This document shows, one piece after another, positions 11,112-22,649 of a stretch of 64,000 nucleotides of DNA; position 1 is the first letter of the stretch, and each line of letters opens with the position of its first letter. Both the position numbers and the translations under genes were made by a program. Location of the stretch: the NCBI RefSeq assembly GCF_006345805.1, contig NC_043018.1, forward strand, positions 26,040,001-26,104,000, in the 5' to 3' direction. The notes under the pieces were generated by a model. It saw nothing but the letters and a program-made list of their open reading frames with translations, was not told the DNA's origin and did not search any database. The DNA comes from Octopus sinensis. Its lineage: Eukaryota.

Positions 11112-11330
11112 ATCCAAACATGAAGGCACAAAAAACACAACACGAGGACGTGGAACAAATATAGTATTATTGGACTCTCAGGAAAGAAGGAAAGGAGGGT
11201 TTAACGTTTCGAGCTGAGCTCTTCATCGGAAACATAGGAGAAGGAAAGATCCAGAGAAGGGAAGACAGAGGAAAAAAAAAAGAAAAAAAGAAAAAGAAAA
11301 TCGCCAACGGTACACACGCAGTCACCAAGC
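11107..11330 (-). mobile_element. Short TA-flanked element, family E
   Basis: Reverse complement of the 895-1072 family. Confidence 0.8.
11199..11233 (-). ncRNA. Minimal type I hammerhead-like motif (CCGAUGA core), best-preserved copy
   Basis: Minus strand: GTTT-CCGATGA-A-GAGC-TCA-GCTC-GAAAC-GTT-AAAC; all helix I and II pairs are Watson-Crick. Confidence 0.6.
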
Positions 11331-12394
11331 AACTCAATCATCATTGAATGACATTATCCAGAATATGTACATATAGGACTAAATATTAAAATTATCAAAA
11401 TCAATACCTACAATTCTTATACCAAATTATCAAAATTAATACCTTCAATTCTTATTATAAATCATATATTTTACATTATCTTGACTACGCGCGTTTCATG
11501 ACAACATATTCCTCGATATTGCTGAAATAGAATGTCTCTATACAATACCATATTAAAACGGTTATATTGCCAAATAAAAGAATAAAAGCATATATCATCA
11601 TCATCATTATGTGGGGAGCTGTATCAGGTTCCAGTCTGATTTGGCGTGGTATCTATGGCTGGATGCCCTTCCTAACGTCAACCACCCCATGAGTGTAATG
11701 GGTGCTTTTTACATGTCACTAGCATGGGTGCCAGTTATGTGACACCAGCATGGTACAAGTATGTTTCATGATGTCATGGTTTCAGGTTCAATTTCACTGT
11801 GCAGCTCCTTGGGTAGATGTCTTTAACTTTCGGTTGACCAATGCTTTGTGAATGAAGCTCTGTATGTGTGTGTATACACAACTGTGCTTATGTGTTTATT
11901 TTTGCGTGCTTTTGCATAACCATTCTTGATTTAGCAACCAGGTCCCATAAATGAACTTCCCGTTTAATAACCATATTCCATTCCAAACATGTGGTCATAA
12001 AATATCTATAGATACTGCCACAATATCAGGTAACTAGCAAATGAGTTTCACAAGAATATGTAAAGTTACCAAGTATCAGTTTCATATTAAACAGTTTCTC
12101 TGAATAAAGAAATACATAAAAGTCTCATGGAAATGCTATCATGGAAACGGTGAATTTGTTTTATTTTGCAAAGAAATCTTTGTTGGCAGCTGGACAATTA
12201 TGGCAGTGTAGGTGAATGATGTTGGCAGCTGTATGATAATAGCCATAGGTATGAATGGCCGTTTAGCAAGATGGACATTAAGTAAGAAGTGGCTGTTCAT
12301 TCAGTAGTTGGGAATTGGTACTGAGGCAGGGTTTTACAAGTGGACTCTCCTCTTGTCACCAGTCCTGAGCTGGTTTCTTTAATTAAGGTACATA

Positions 12395-12738
12395 GGCGCA
12401 GGAGTGGGTGTGTGGTAAGTAGCTTGCTTACCAACCACATGGTTTCAGTGTCTTCTACTATAGCCTCGGGCTGACCAAAACCTTGTGAGTGGATTTGGTA
12501 GACGGAAACTGAAAGAAACCCATCGTATATATGTATATGTGTATATATATGTGCGTGTGTTTGTGTGTCTGTGTTTGTCCCCCCAACATCGCTTGACAAC
12601 CAATGCTGGTGTGTTTACGTCCCCATAACTTAGCGGTTTGGCAAAAGAGACCGATAGAATAAGTACTAGGCTTACAAAGAATAAGTCCTAGGATCGATTT
12701 GCTTGACTAAAGGCGGTGCTCCAGCATGGCCGCAGTCT
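12395..12738 (+). mobile_element. SINE family A with internal deletion
   Basis: Family consensus; the segment between ggtttcag and tgtcttctac is missing. Confidence 0.9.
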
Positions 12739-13009
12739 GAGAGTTCTTTTTACATCCGGCAGATTTTTGAAAATGCAGGGAATCAAGTCATAATGTCCAC
12801 AACCCCACTATTTCATCGAGATGATGACAAAACAAAATATCAACATTCATGTACAATCACATACACACATACATATATACATGGATACATACATGTGTGT
12901 GTGTGTGTTACGAGTCCAGATGACGTCAGATGTGCTAAGATTTGGAACCATTCAATTAGTTGGATATTTTGAATTTTTCTTTGATAGTGTGACTTATTTC
13001 CGTACATAA

Positions 13010-13370
13010 AACCCCACTTTGGTCATGAATGCTCATGGGATTCCACCTAGAAAGTTCCCATCCGAGGCACAAGTCTAGGTAAGGCTGTTTATGGAAGACA
13101 GGCTGTTGCCTGTGCCACTGATGTTATCTATGTTATTGATGTTATCCTTGCCCTCTCCACGCCACTGATGTTATCCAAGGGAAAGGCAAAGGGGCCGATA
13201 CAGCTTAGCACCAGTGATGTTGCAACTTATTTCTACAGCTGAGTGAAATGGAGCAATGTGAAATAAAGTATCTTGCTCAAGAACACAACACACAGTCCAG
13301 TCCAGGAATCAAACTCACTACTTCATGATTGTGAGCCCGACGCTCTAATTACTGAGCCAAATCTTCAGAA
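13010..13370 (-). mobile_element. SINE family F
   Basis: Reverse complement of the 7925-8225 family, tRNA-like head near 13370. Confidence 0.75.
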
Positions 13371-13829
13371 AGTCTGTTCTGTTTATTCTGTGAACCCTCT
13401 CTGGCCTCTTGTCTTAAGACCTTGCCTCGGTGCATCCTGATGTAAATGTCCTTGTTTTCTGGCTTTGCTGTTCAAATCAAATATGAATCCTAAACTCCCT
13501 GAAGGTGTGATGGTGACTATGAGCACCATGATTTCCACATGTTTGGTGCATAAAGACCAATTTCAACCAGGTTTGAAGATCTGTATCAACTATTGTTCTG
13601 GTTGTTGTTTGACTCTGGATCAACTCTGACCAAGCAGACTTATAACCAAATTCATTCCGCTCATGACCTCTCTGCCTTTATTTAGCTACTGAATATCTAG
13701 GGCTAGATTATCTTAAGTGTCTTTTCTATTTCAAAACAGCCGGCTGTAATTTAAAATAGATTTGAAAGATGTTTCTGGAAGCTAATCAACCAATGTAGAG
13801 TTTGGCCTTACTGCTTGATGAATAAGTTT

Positions 13830-14210
13830 CAAGTAGTCTTGTGGAGCTATTCCATCCATCCACCTATTTTGATACTGTGCTATTCTTATCAGGTTCAGAA
13901 GGGCAGATTCCTCAAGCACACCCTTCAGAGGGTCTGATCAGAAGCAACCATCAGCCAATATTCTGGCTGAATTGCCAAGAAAGACCAACTGAGGCTCTGG
14001 ATCTTATTCAGTTGTCTTACTCATGGATCATCTCAAGGTTTTCTGCTGTTTCGCCTTGCCTATAAAATATGTCCTGTAATTCTATCCTCAGACATTCTAA
14101 CCACATCATGCCTATAGTACCAGAGCTGTGACCTCTCAATGAGAAGAAGTGGCTCAATCCAGAACGACTTCCTGATCTCTGAGCTATGCACCTGTACTAA
14201 GAAGAACACT
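13830..14210 (-). mobile_element. Degenerate RTE-like LINE fragment
   Basis: Minus frame reads WIEPLLLIERSQLWYYRHDVVRMSEDRITGHIL, like the RTE RW(F/Y)GHVxRM motif; stops follow. Confidence 0.55.
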
Positions 14211-14789
14211 GGTGAAGGTGGCAGTTTTTAACAAAACTTTTATTCTTTTCATACACAAAAAGGCAAATGCTATCATTTCTACAAGTGGCAAAATATTAAG
14301 AAAGTTTGAATGTTATTGTTTTTGGTGTGATTTTTAGTCAAAAAGTTCTGTTCATTGGGGTTGCTGTCAGCAGCTGTCCATGTCTGTTCAACATCCATCT
14401 GCTGTCTCTTAATGTTCTCTCTGTTGCATTCCAAAGCCCTCTGTCAAGTAGTGGAGGTGTGCTGAATTTATACTGATGGATGAGCTCAGAAGGAAGTGTG
14501 CCAAAAGATGAAATCATCACTGGGGCCTATTCCATGGGAAGTCATGATTGGTCACATCTTGTTGATCATGTGATCGATATTTTAGCAAATCATGACATTG
14601 AGTGTATTGATGTAACTGCTGAACATTCTTGCTACACACCTATTAAGTGGTGTTACTCTGGATTTCATCCTTTGTATTGTGGGATTATACACAGAAGCCA
14701 CAATAGTAGTTTTTTATGTTACCCGTCAATAAGAAATTAATGATAATTCTGTCATACACTACATTGTTAAGTTACCAGTGTAATTACTC

Positions 14790-15197
14790 TTACTCTTTAC
14801 TCTTTTACTTGTGTCAGTCATTTGGCTGCGGCCATGCTGGAGCACCGCCTTTAGTCGAGCAAATCGACCCTGGGACTTATTCTTTGTAAGGCCAGTACTT
14901 ATTCTATCGGTCTCTTTTGCCGAACCGCTAAGTGACGGGGATCTAAACACACCAGCATTGGTTGTCAAGCAATGCTAGGGGGACAAACACAGACACACAA
15001 ATACACACACATATACATATATATACATATATACGACAGGCTTCTTTCAGTTTCCGTCTACCAAATACACTCACAAGGCATTGGTCGACCCGGGGCAATA
15101 GTAGAAGACACTTGCCCAAGATGCCATGCAGTGGGACTGAGCCCGGAACCATGTGGCTGGTTAGCAAGCTACTTACCACACAGCCACTCCTGCACCT
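14790..15197 (-). mobile_element. SINE family A, full length, young
   Basis: CpG-rich, close to consensus. Confidence 0.92.
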
Positions 15198-15564
15198 ATT
15201 TTTTGATAAAATCTAAAGTTGTAGAAAACTAGAGGTCATGATGGTTTGTATCAGCACTGTGGAAGGAGGAGATCCAGGAAAACGTGGGATGAAGTGGTGA
15301 GAAAGGATCTTCAGGTGCTGGGCCTCACTGAATAAATGACAAGGGACCGGAATATGTAGCAATTTGCTGTTCTTGATAAGGTGTGTCAAGCTAAGTAAAA
15401 TTTCTGTCTTCCACACATACAGGTGTGTCCTTTCAGGACAAAAAAGCACCTGTGCCGGTGCTGCATAAACACACCTGTGCCAGTAATATGTAAAAGACAC
15501 ACAGCACACTCTGTTGGGTGGTTGGCGTTAGGAAGGGTGACCATCCATAGAAACCATGCCACAA

Positions 15565-15980
15565 ATGGCAGCGAGTTGACAGAAACGTTAGCATGCCGTA
15601 CGAAATGCTTAGCAGTATTTCATCTGCCGCTATGTTCTGAGTTCAAATTCCACCGAGGTTGACTTTGCCTTTCAGCCTTTCGGGATCAATTAAATAAGTA
15701 CCAGTTATGCACTGGGGTTGATATAATCGACTTAATCCGTATATCTGTCCTTGTTTGTCCTCTCTGTGTTTAGCCCCTTGTGGGTAGTAAAGAAATAGGT
15801 ATTTCGTCTGCCGTTACATTCTGAGTTCAAATTCCGCCGAGGTCGACTTTGCCTTCATCCTTTCGGGGTCGATTAAATAAGTACCACTTACGCACTGGAG
15901 TCAATGTAATCGACTTAATCCCTTTGTCTGTCCTTGTTTGTTCCCTCTATGTTTAGCCCCTTGAGGGCAATAAAGAAATA
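15565..15980 (+). mobile_element. Dimeric SINE family B inserted into a family C copy
   Basis: 16-bp TSD agaaaccatgccacaa at 15549-15564 and 15981-15996; host family C spans about 15445-16090. Confidence 0.85.
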
Positions 15981-16344
15981 AGAAACCATGCCACAACAGA
16001 CAGTCTGGACAGCTCCCAGCTAACCAGTTCCATGTTAAAGCATCTAACCCACACCAACATGGAAAGTGGACATTAAACGATGATGATGTAGTTTGTGAGT
16101 TTACATAAGAGAAGTGGAAAAAAAAATTATCTCTAAGATGAAGAAATAGCCATGAAGTGTTAGACCCTTCTTTTCTCCCTGCTGTGGATGAACTTACCAA
16201 AACTCAGAAACTCAGTATCTAATTATCGACCAAACAGACCCAGAACTCTCTTTTTACAGAAAACTGCCCCAAGGTTATTTTACAAAATTTTAAATCTACT
16301 TCCTTTTACAGAAAAAATATACCTGCCTCTTTATACCTTGTGTA

Positions 16345-16556
16345 TCTTTTATCTTTTACTTGTTTCGTTCATTGGTTGCGGCCATGCTGGGGCATTGCCT
16401 TGAAGAATTTTAGTCAAACTAATTAAGCCCAGTACTTATTTTTTTTAAAGCCTAATACTTATTCTATTGGTCTCTTTTGCTGAACTGCTAAGTTACAGGG
16501 ACATAAACACACCAACACTGATTGTCAAGTGGTGGTGGGAGACAAACAAAACACAA

Positions 16557-16591
<35 letters not shown>

Positions 16592-16750
16592 ATGGGCTTC
16601 TTTCAGTTTCCATCTACCAAATCCACTCTCAAGGCTTTGGTCAACCTGACGCTATAGTAGAAGACACTTGCCCAAGGTGCTATGCAGTGGGATTGAACCC
16701 AGAACCACATGGCTGGGAAGCAAATTTCTTACCACACAGCCATGCTTGCA
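16345..16750 (-). mobile_element. SINE family A
   Basis: Family consensus. Confidence 0.88.
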
Positions 16751-17645
16751 CCTTTATATGTGTGTGTGCATATGTGCATGTGCAAGTGCAAAATAAAAAT
16801 GAGATTCATTCAAGCTTTTTATTATATCATGAAGTATTCCACTGAGGTTGACTTTGCTTTCATCCTTTTGGGGTCGATTAAATAAGTACCAGTTATGCAT
16901 TGGGGTTGATGTAATCGACTTACCCTGCTCTCCGTAAATTTCAGGCCTTGTACCTATAATAGAACAGATTATAATATCATAAATTACATAATCTTTACAT
17001 GTGTTTCACTAGCATGTTCTTGTATACTGTGTGGTAATTGTTACTTAGATGCTTGCATAATCACCTTAGAATGCCAGATCATCAGAAGAAAAATGTAATT
17101 TAATCTTTCGCTGATCACCAATGTCACTTGGTTAGTAGATCATTCTATATATATATAGCCATTAAGGAAAGAAGTTATATATATATGTTCTATTTTATTG
17201 CTGTGATGAAGAAAGAGGGAGAGAGAGATTGGTTATAAGTGCAGTCAGATTGTCTGGGAAGAGAAGAAATTCAACGCTTAATCTATTTTAGATGAAAGAA
17301 AATATCAAATTAATGATGATAAATGACTAAGAATTTATAGGCAGAAAAAGGGCCTTACAGTACATGTTTGTTCATTCACCCATACTCATGCACGCCACAC
17401 ACATATACATGTGTGTCTATCTATCTATCTACCCATCCATATCCATCCATCCATTCAGTCATTCATTCATCCATCCATCTGTTCATTCATTCATTCATTA
17501 ATCTGTCTATCTCTCTGTCTATACACACACACATACACACATGTCTATGTAAAGTAATGTAATTTCTTCAAGTACTTTCCCATACATATACACTCTCACA
17601 TAGTTCATTTCGATCACTTCAGTAAGGCTATCATTCAGCTCAGTG

Positions 17646-17677
<32 letters not shown>

Positions 17678-18168
17678 GAGAGCGGTGTTGTCTATTGAGT
17701 TTCTCTCTATCTCCCTCCCTCCCTCAGTTGGCTGATGGCACATATGTTTGGTCTTATTGAAGCGATGGAAATAAACTCTGTGTGTGCACATGTGAGTCCT
17801 TAAACTTATATTAACTTCCATGTGTATATACATATATATTCATGTGTTTGAGTGCATGTGTGTGCAAAAGTGAACAAGCATGTACTGTCCAACCCTTTTT
17901 CTGCTTCTAAATTCTCACCTATTTTATCATCATTAACTTGAAACTTTCCTTGATCTTAGATAGTTGAGGTATTGAATTTCTTTTCTTCTTCAGACATCCT
18001 GACTGCACTTAAAAATCAATCTCTCTCTCTCTCTCCCTCTTTCTTTATCTCACAATGATAAAATAAAAATATCCATATTCCTTTCCTTAATGGTTATGTA
18101 TGATGTATATATATATATATGTATGTATGTATGTAGACTAATCTACTGAATTTACATGCAGTTCTCAG

Positions 18169-18195
18169 ATTGGCTCTTCCTATCAACTAAAGTTG
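18169..18195 (+). CDS. Candidate 27-nt micro-exon
   Basis: ttctcag acceptor, ttg|gtaact donor, frame-preserving length (IGSSYQLKL in phase 0). Confidence 0.12.
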
Positions 18196-18574
18196 GTAAC
18201 TAACAGTGGACTAAATTATGTTGTTTTTCTGATGATTTGGCATTCTGAGGTGATTATGCAATTGTCTATGTCATGATAACCACATGCACAATAACACTAG
18301 TATATACTAGAGAAACACATGTAAAGATAATTTTTGTTGCTATAATGAAATGTTTAATGGATCAGTCGTTTTATTCTGATCTTGGATATATATACTCTGT
18401 AAGTTGTTCAATTGCATATAGCACCAAATGAAAATTCAAGGAGAAATGAGGTTTCAGGACTTGATTGGAAGTTGGATATGTACGGATTTACATGGAATTT
18501 GAAGCAATGGTTTAACTGTTATGCTATCTCATTCAAAATAACAATTTTCCAGTAAAGATATATATATCTTAAGG

Positions 18575-18755
18575 CACAGGAATGGTTGTGTAGGCTTAGG
18601 CATGGCTGAGTGGTAAGAAGCTTGCTTCCCAATCATATGGTTCTGGGTTCAGTCCTAGTGCATGGCACCTTGGCAAGTGTCTTCTAATATAGCTTCCGGC
18701 CAACCAAAGCCTTGTGAATGGACTTGGTAGACGGAAACTGAAAGAAACCTATCAT
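18575..18755 (+). mobile_element. SINE family A, 5' half
   Basis: Head through ggaaactgaaagaa. Confidence 0.85.
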
Positions 18756-18767
18756 ATATATATATAA

Positions 18768-18897
18768 TGTGATAGATCATTAGCCACTACACACATTTTT
18801 TCTCTCCTTGTTTCTCTCCTTGTTTTTTCTGTGTACCTTTCTGTAGAAGAGCATAGGCTCGAAACTTAAAAGACTTTTTCTATTCCTGAGCGTAAAC
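18768..18897 (+). mobile_element. Short TA-flanked element, family G
   Basis: Homologous to 4380-4590 and 61000-61150; (TA)n on both sides. Confidence 0.7.
18837..18872 (+). ncRNA. Hammerhead-like motif (CUGUAGA core)
   Basis: CTTT-CTGTAGA-A-GAGC-ATAG-GCTC-GAAAC-TTA-AAAG. Confidence 0.4.
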
Positions 18898-18900
18898 TTT

Positions 18901-18945
<45 letters not shown>

Positions 18946-18949
<4 letters not shown>

Positions 18950-19068
18950 CTGCTCGCTTAGCCAGTGGGGTGGCATCATTTGAAGGCTAAAACAATGCAA
19001 AGCGCATTGTGACCAGCGATGTGTAGCAACATCTGATAGCCTGGTCGGTCACGGTGATCACGGTGATA
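18946..19068 (+). mobile_element. SINE family D, 3' part, within (TA)n
   Basis: Matches 1-128. Confidence 0.8.
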
Positions 19069-19089
19069 TATATATATATATATGACAAG

Positions 19090-19300
19090 CGAATGCCTTT
19101 ATGGAGACCGGTGTATACTAGCAAAAAGATCGGCCAAAGACAACTGCGACTATCTGGTCACTGCCTGTGCCACCCTGATCTGGAAGTGTCCAAATTAGTC
19201 TTGTGAAAGCCATTTCATGGTAATGTAAGAAGAAGAAAATGTTGTCACACTTCCATTGACAATTTTATCACAGGAGCTCAAGGCTGTGATGTTGAACTGA
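19090..19300 (+). mobile_element. Degenerate LINE C-terminal fragment
   Basis: KIGQRQLRLSGHCLCHPDLEVSKLVL*KPFHG, resembling the RLRLAGHC..HP...LVLW.P.HG motif of RTE-X/CR1-like elements. Confidence 0.55.
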
Positions 19301-20209
19301 GTGGTGTGGTGTGGTGAGTGGACTTTGTTGCTGTAGCCTGGGCTGGAATCTGGCCATAAGAAGACGGCGGCAAGTTATATGAGGTATTAAAAAATATCAG
19401 GGTATCATTTAGAGTGGGGTATAAAATACATGAGAATGGAATTGTCTGTTTTCTTCTTAGAAACAAAAGACTGAACGAGGTGCTGAAAGTGTCACTATGA
19501 CAGATTGATCAATAGAAACACTGCAAAGAAATTGATACATTAACGGTGCCATGAAATCTCTGATGGACCGAAAGAAGCAAAATCTTTAGGCGCATTTGCT
19601 GTCTGGATACAGCTAGCAAGACAGGCCAGCTTAAGCTGAAGTCCATGTATTACTTAGACAGCTTACTAAAAGAGCTTGATATGTATGACATACTTACAAG
19701 AGTAGAGCTACAGATAGCCTGATGCCTGGCATTAGAGAAGTTTTACAAACTATTTCCATTGCAAATAAAGAGCTTCTCTATCTGTCGATCTATCTGTCTC
19801 TTGTACAAAGGGCAGGTGAATTTCACTAACAGAAAAAAAAAAAAAAATGCAAATTTATTAACTGGTTTCTGTTCTGTAAAAATCCAAATATAGAATCTAG
19901 ATCACATGAAAAAAAGTCAAAACCTGTTTGCTTTCTAAAAGTGGTTGTGCGAAATGGAATTTTCAACCTTTAGTTATTTGCGACTGAGCTCCATCTTAAT
20001 CTAAATTGCGATGTGACCAACATTGCTGTAATTTTAATGACAGTAATAATACAAATGTCCTTTTCTAAAGTAAAAATAGACTTCAAATATAATTTTTAGT
20101 AAAGTTTATCCTATGTCTGCTCTGTATATAACACTCTTATAATCTTTTCTATGCACTTATTTGCATTTCTGTTTCTATTCTGAGTATGTGCTGTAAAGAA
20201 AGTAATCCT

Positions 20210-20430
20210 CCTCATCATCATCATCACCACCACCACCACCACCATCATCATTTAACGTCTGTTTTCCATGCTGGCATGGGTTAGGTGAGTCGACAGGATC
20301 CAACAAGCTGCAGGGTTCCACAGCCTGTCTCAGCTTGGTTTCTACAACTGGATGCTCTTCCTGCACCGACCACTCTACAGAGTGTACTGGGTGCTTTTTA
20401 CGTGGGACCAGCACCAATGCTTTTCACGAG
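20210..20430 (-). mobile_element. SINE family C
   Basis: catcat tail plus family motif. Confidence 0.8.
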
Positions 20431-20606
20431 GGCACTAGTACTTTTTTTTATGTGACACATTGTAAGGGAATGGGTCTTCTTGAGTATAGCAGTGCGCCAC
20501 ACAGAAGACCTGTACCCTACAACGTGTCGCATAAAAGTGCTGGTTCCACACACACACACAAACACACACACAAACACACACACAAACACACACACAAACA
20601 CACACA

Positions 20607-20643
<37 letters not shown>

Positions 20644-20676
20644 ACACACACAACTGGCACTTTGTCAGTTACAATG

Positions 20677-20975
20677 TGCATTCCACATGATCTGATTAAC
20701 AGAACAGCCTTCTCATGAAATTAACATGCAAGTGGCTGAATACTCCACAGCTATGCATGCTTTTCATGTAGTTCCCAGAGAAAGACTCAGCATGACACAA
20801 AATAGGTACAACTCATTATTTGTCACTCGAGTGGGCTGGAGCAATTTGAAATAAAAGTGTCTTGCACAAGGATGCAGTGCACTGCAGGGGAATTGAACTC
20901 AGGACTTTACAACCGTAGCCGAGTACCCTAATCACTGAGCCACATGCTTTCACTGATGTTTATGTGTGTGTGTGT
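20677..20975 (-). repeat. Left arm of a long inverted repeat (family F-type SINE)
   Basis: Reverse complement of 22215-22507 with high similarity. Confidence 0.9.
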
Positions 20976-20999
20976 GTGTGTATATGCTTGCATGTTTGA

Positions 21000-21288
21000 C
21001 CCTTCTTGAGCCATGCCTGGCTCATAGGGCCGGTTTCCTTGGCATATAGGTTCCCCACCTGGATGGGACGCCGGTCCGTCGCAGGTGAGCTGCAAGATGC
21101 AGGAGGAAAGAGTGAGAGAAAGTTGTGGCGAAAGAACTAACAGAAGTTTGCCATTACCTTCTGCTGGAGCCGCGTGCAGCTTAGGTGTTTCGCCCATAAG
21201 CACACACATTACCCGGTCTGAGATTCGAACCGGCGATCCCTTGACCGCGAGTCCGCTGCTCTAACCACTAGGCCATGTGTCTCCACAC
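21000..21288 (-). mobile_element. tRNA-derived SINE (D-type head)
   Basis: Homologous to 1548-1845; CpG-rich. Confidence 0.85.
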
Positions 21289-22214
21289 ATGCTTGCATAC
21301 ATATACATATTTATATCTTTTCTGAAATTATGAAGATTTATGCACAATTGAAATTACACTTGCAATTTGGAACCAATGAACCTTTTATAGCCATATAATC
21401 TCCCAATCATAAATTTTAATTTTTCTTAGCTAACCAAAACAAAATAAATAAATATATATATATCAAAATCAAACAGAAATACAAATAAAAACAAACAAAC
21501 CCAGTCTTCTGGCTGTTGTGCAACATGATATACAGCTAATCAAGCGAATGAGGTTATACATTTACTCAGCATTGGGCATATGATGAAGCCTGCCAAAATT
21601 TTATATTAGCATTATTTCTCTCTTAATGCTGTTTGCTTTTGTTTTCTGTTATACATACATACAAGCCCTTCGTAATTGAGTTTTATTGTTTTTTTGTCTT
21701 TTCACCTCATGTTGGTTTTTAGCATTGAATTTATCCCTACTTATCTTCAACACATCAATTCAAGTGCCTCATTTGCTGTTTATTTACGAGACACTTAACT
21801 GTTAACTAATTTCTGAATCTTCAATTTTGTTTTTTTTTCTTTATGCATTGCTTTTCAAATTCAAATGCTTTCTTCCAGGTTTCAATTTTTGCTGGAAATT
21901 GTGAATTGATTTTTGTAACCAGAAACCCGATAATTTGTATCTAGAAACTTGTGTAGCAGAGGAGGAAATATCTCCAAGGCATTATTTCTTTAATCAATAA
22001 AGAACATTTGTTGTTTCTCACAGAAAATAATGAAAACATATTAGTGTGTATCAGCATATTGTTAGTAGTTATCCTGTTAATATTAATCCTCGTTAGTCCA
22101 ATCAACAACTTAACTGGCGTCTCTTTTTAGTAGCTTTCACCCACTACTTAGTCCAACTGACCTCTGTTTGACCACTGTTGGCATGGAATCCTTCCCCACT
22201 TCGATTTTCTGAAG

Positions 22215-22507
22215 CACACACACACATATCAGTGAAAGCATGTGGCTTAGTGGTTAGGGTACTCGGCTACAGTTGTAAAGTCCTGTGTTCAATTCTTGGC
22301 GGTGCACTGCATCCTTGAGCAAGAAACTTTTATTTTGCATTGCTCCAGCCCACTCGAGTGACAAACAATGAGTTGTACCTATTTTGTGTCATGCTGCGTC
22401 TTTCTCTGAGAACTACATGAAAAGTATGCATAGCTGTGGAGTATTCAGCCACTTGCATGTTAATTTCATGAGCAGGCTGTTCTGTTAATCAGATCATGTG
22501 CAATGCA
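22215..22507 (+). repeat. Right arm of a long inverted repeat (family F-type SINE)
   Basis: Pairs with 20677-20975. Confidence 0.9.
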
Positions 22508-22649
22508 TGATTTGAAGCAGTGGATTGGCAGAATTGCTGAAACCTTGGACAAAATGACTTTTGGTATTTAGTTGCAGCTCTGTACATCCTGAGTTCAAAT
22601 CCCATCAGGGTCAGAGGTTGATTTTTATCCTTTAGTATTTGAACTGACC

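Noticed and set aside
12921-12928. Perfect CRE palindrome TGACGTCA
   Set aside because: One 8-mer in 64 kb is near chance expectation, with no promoter context
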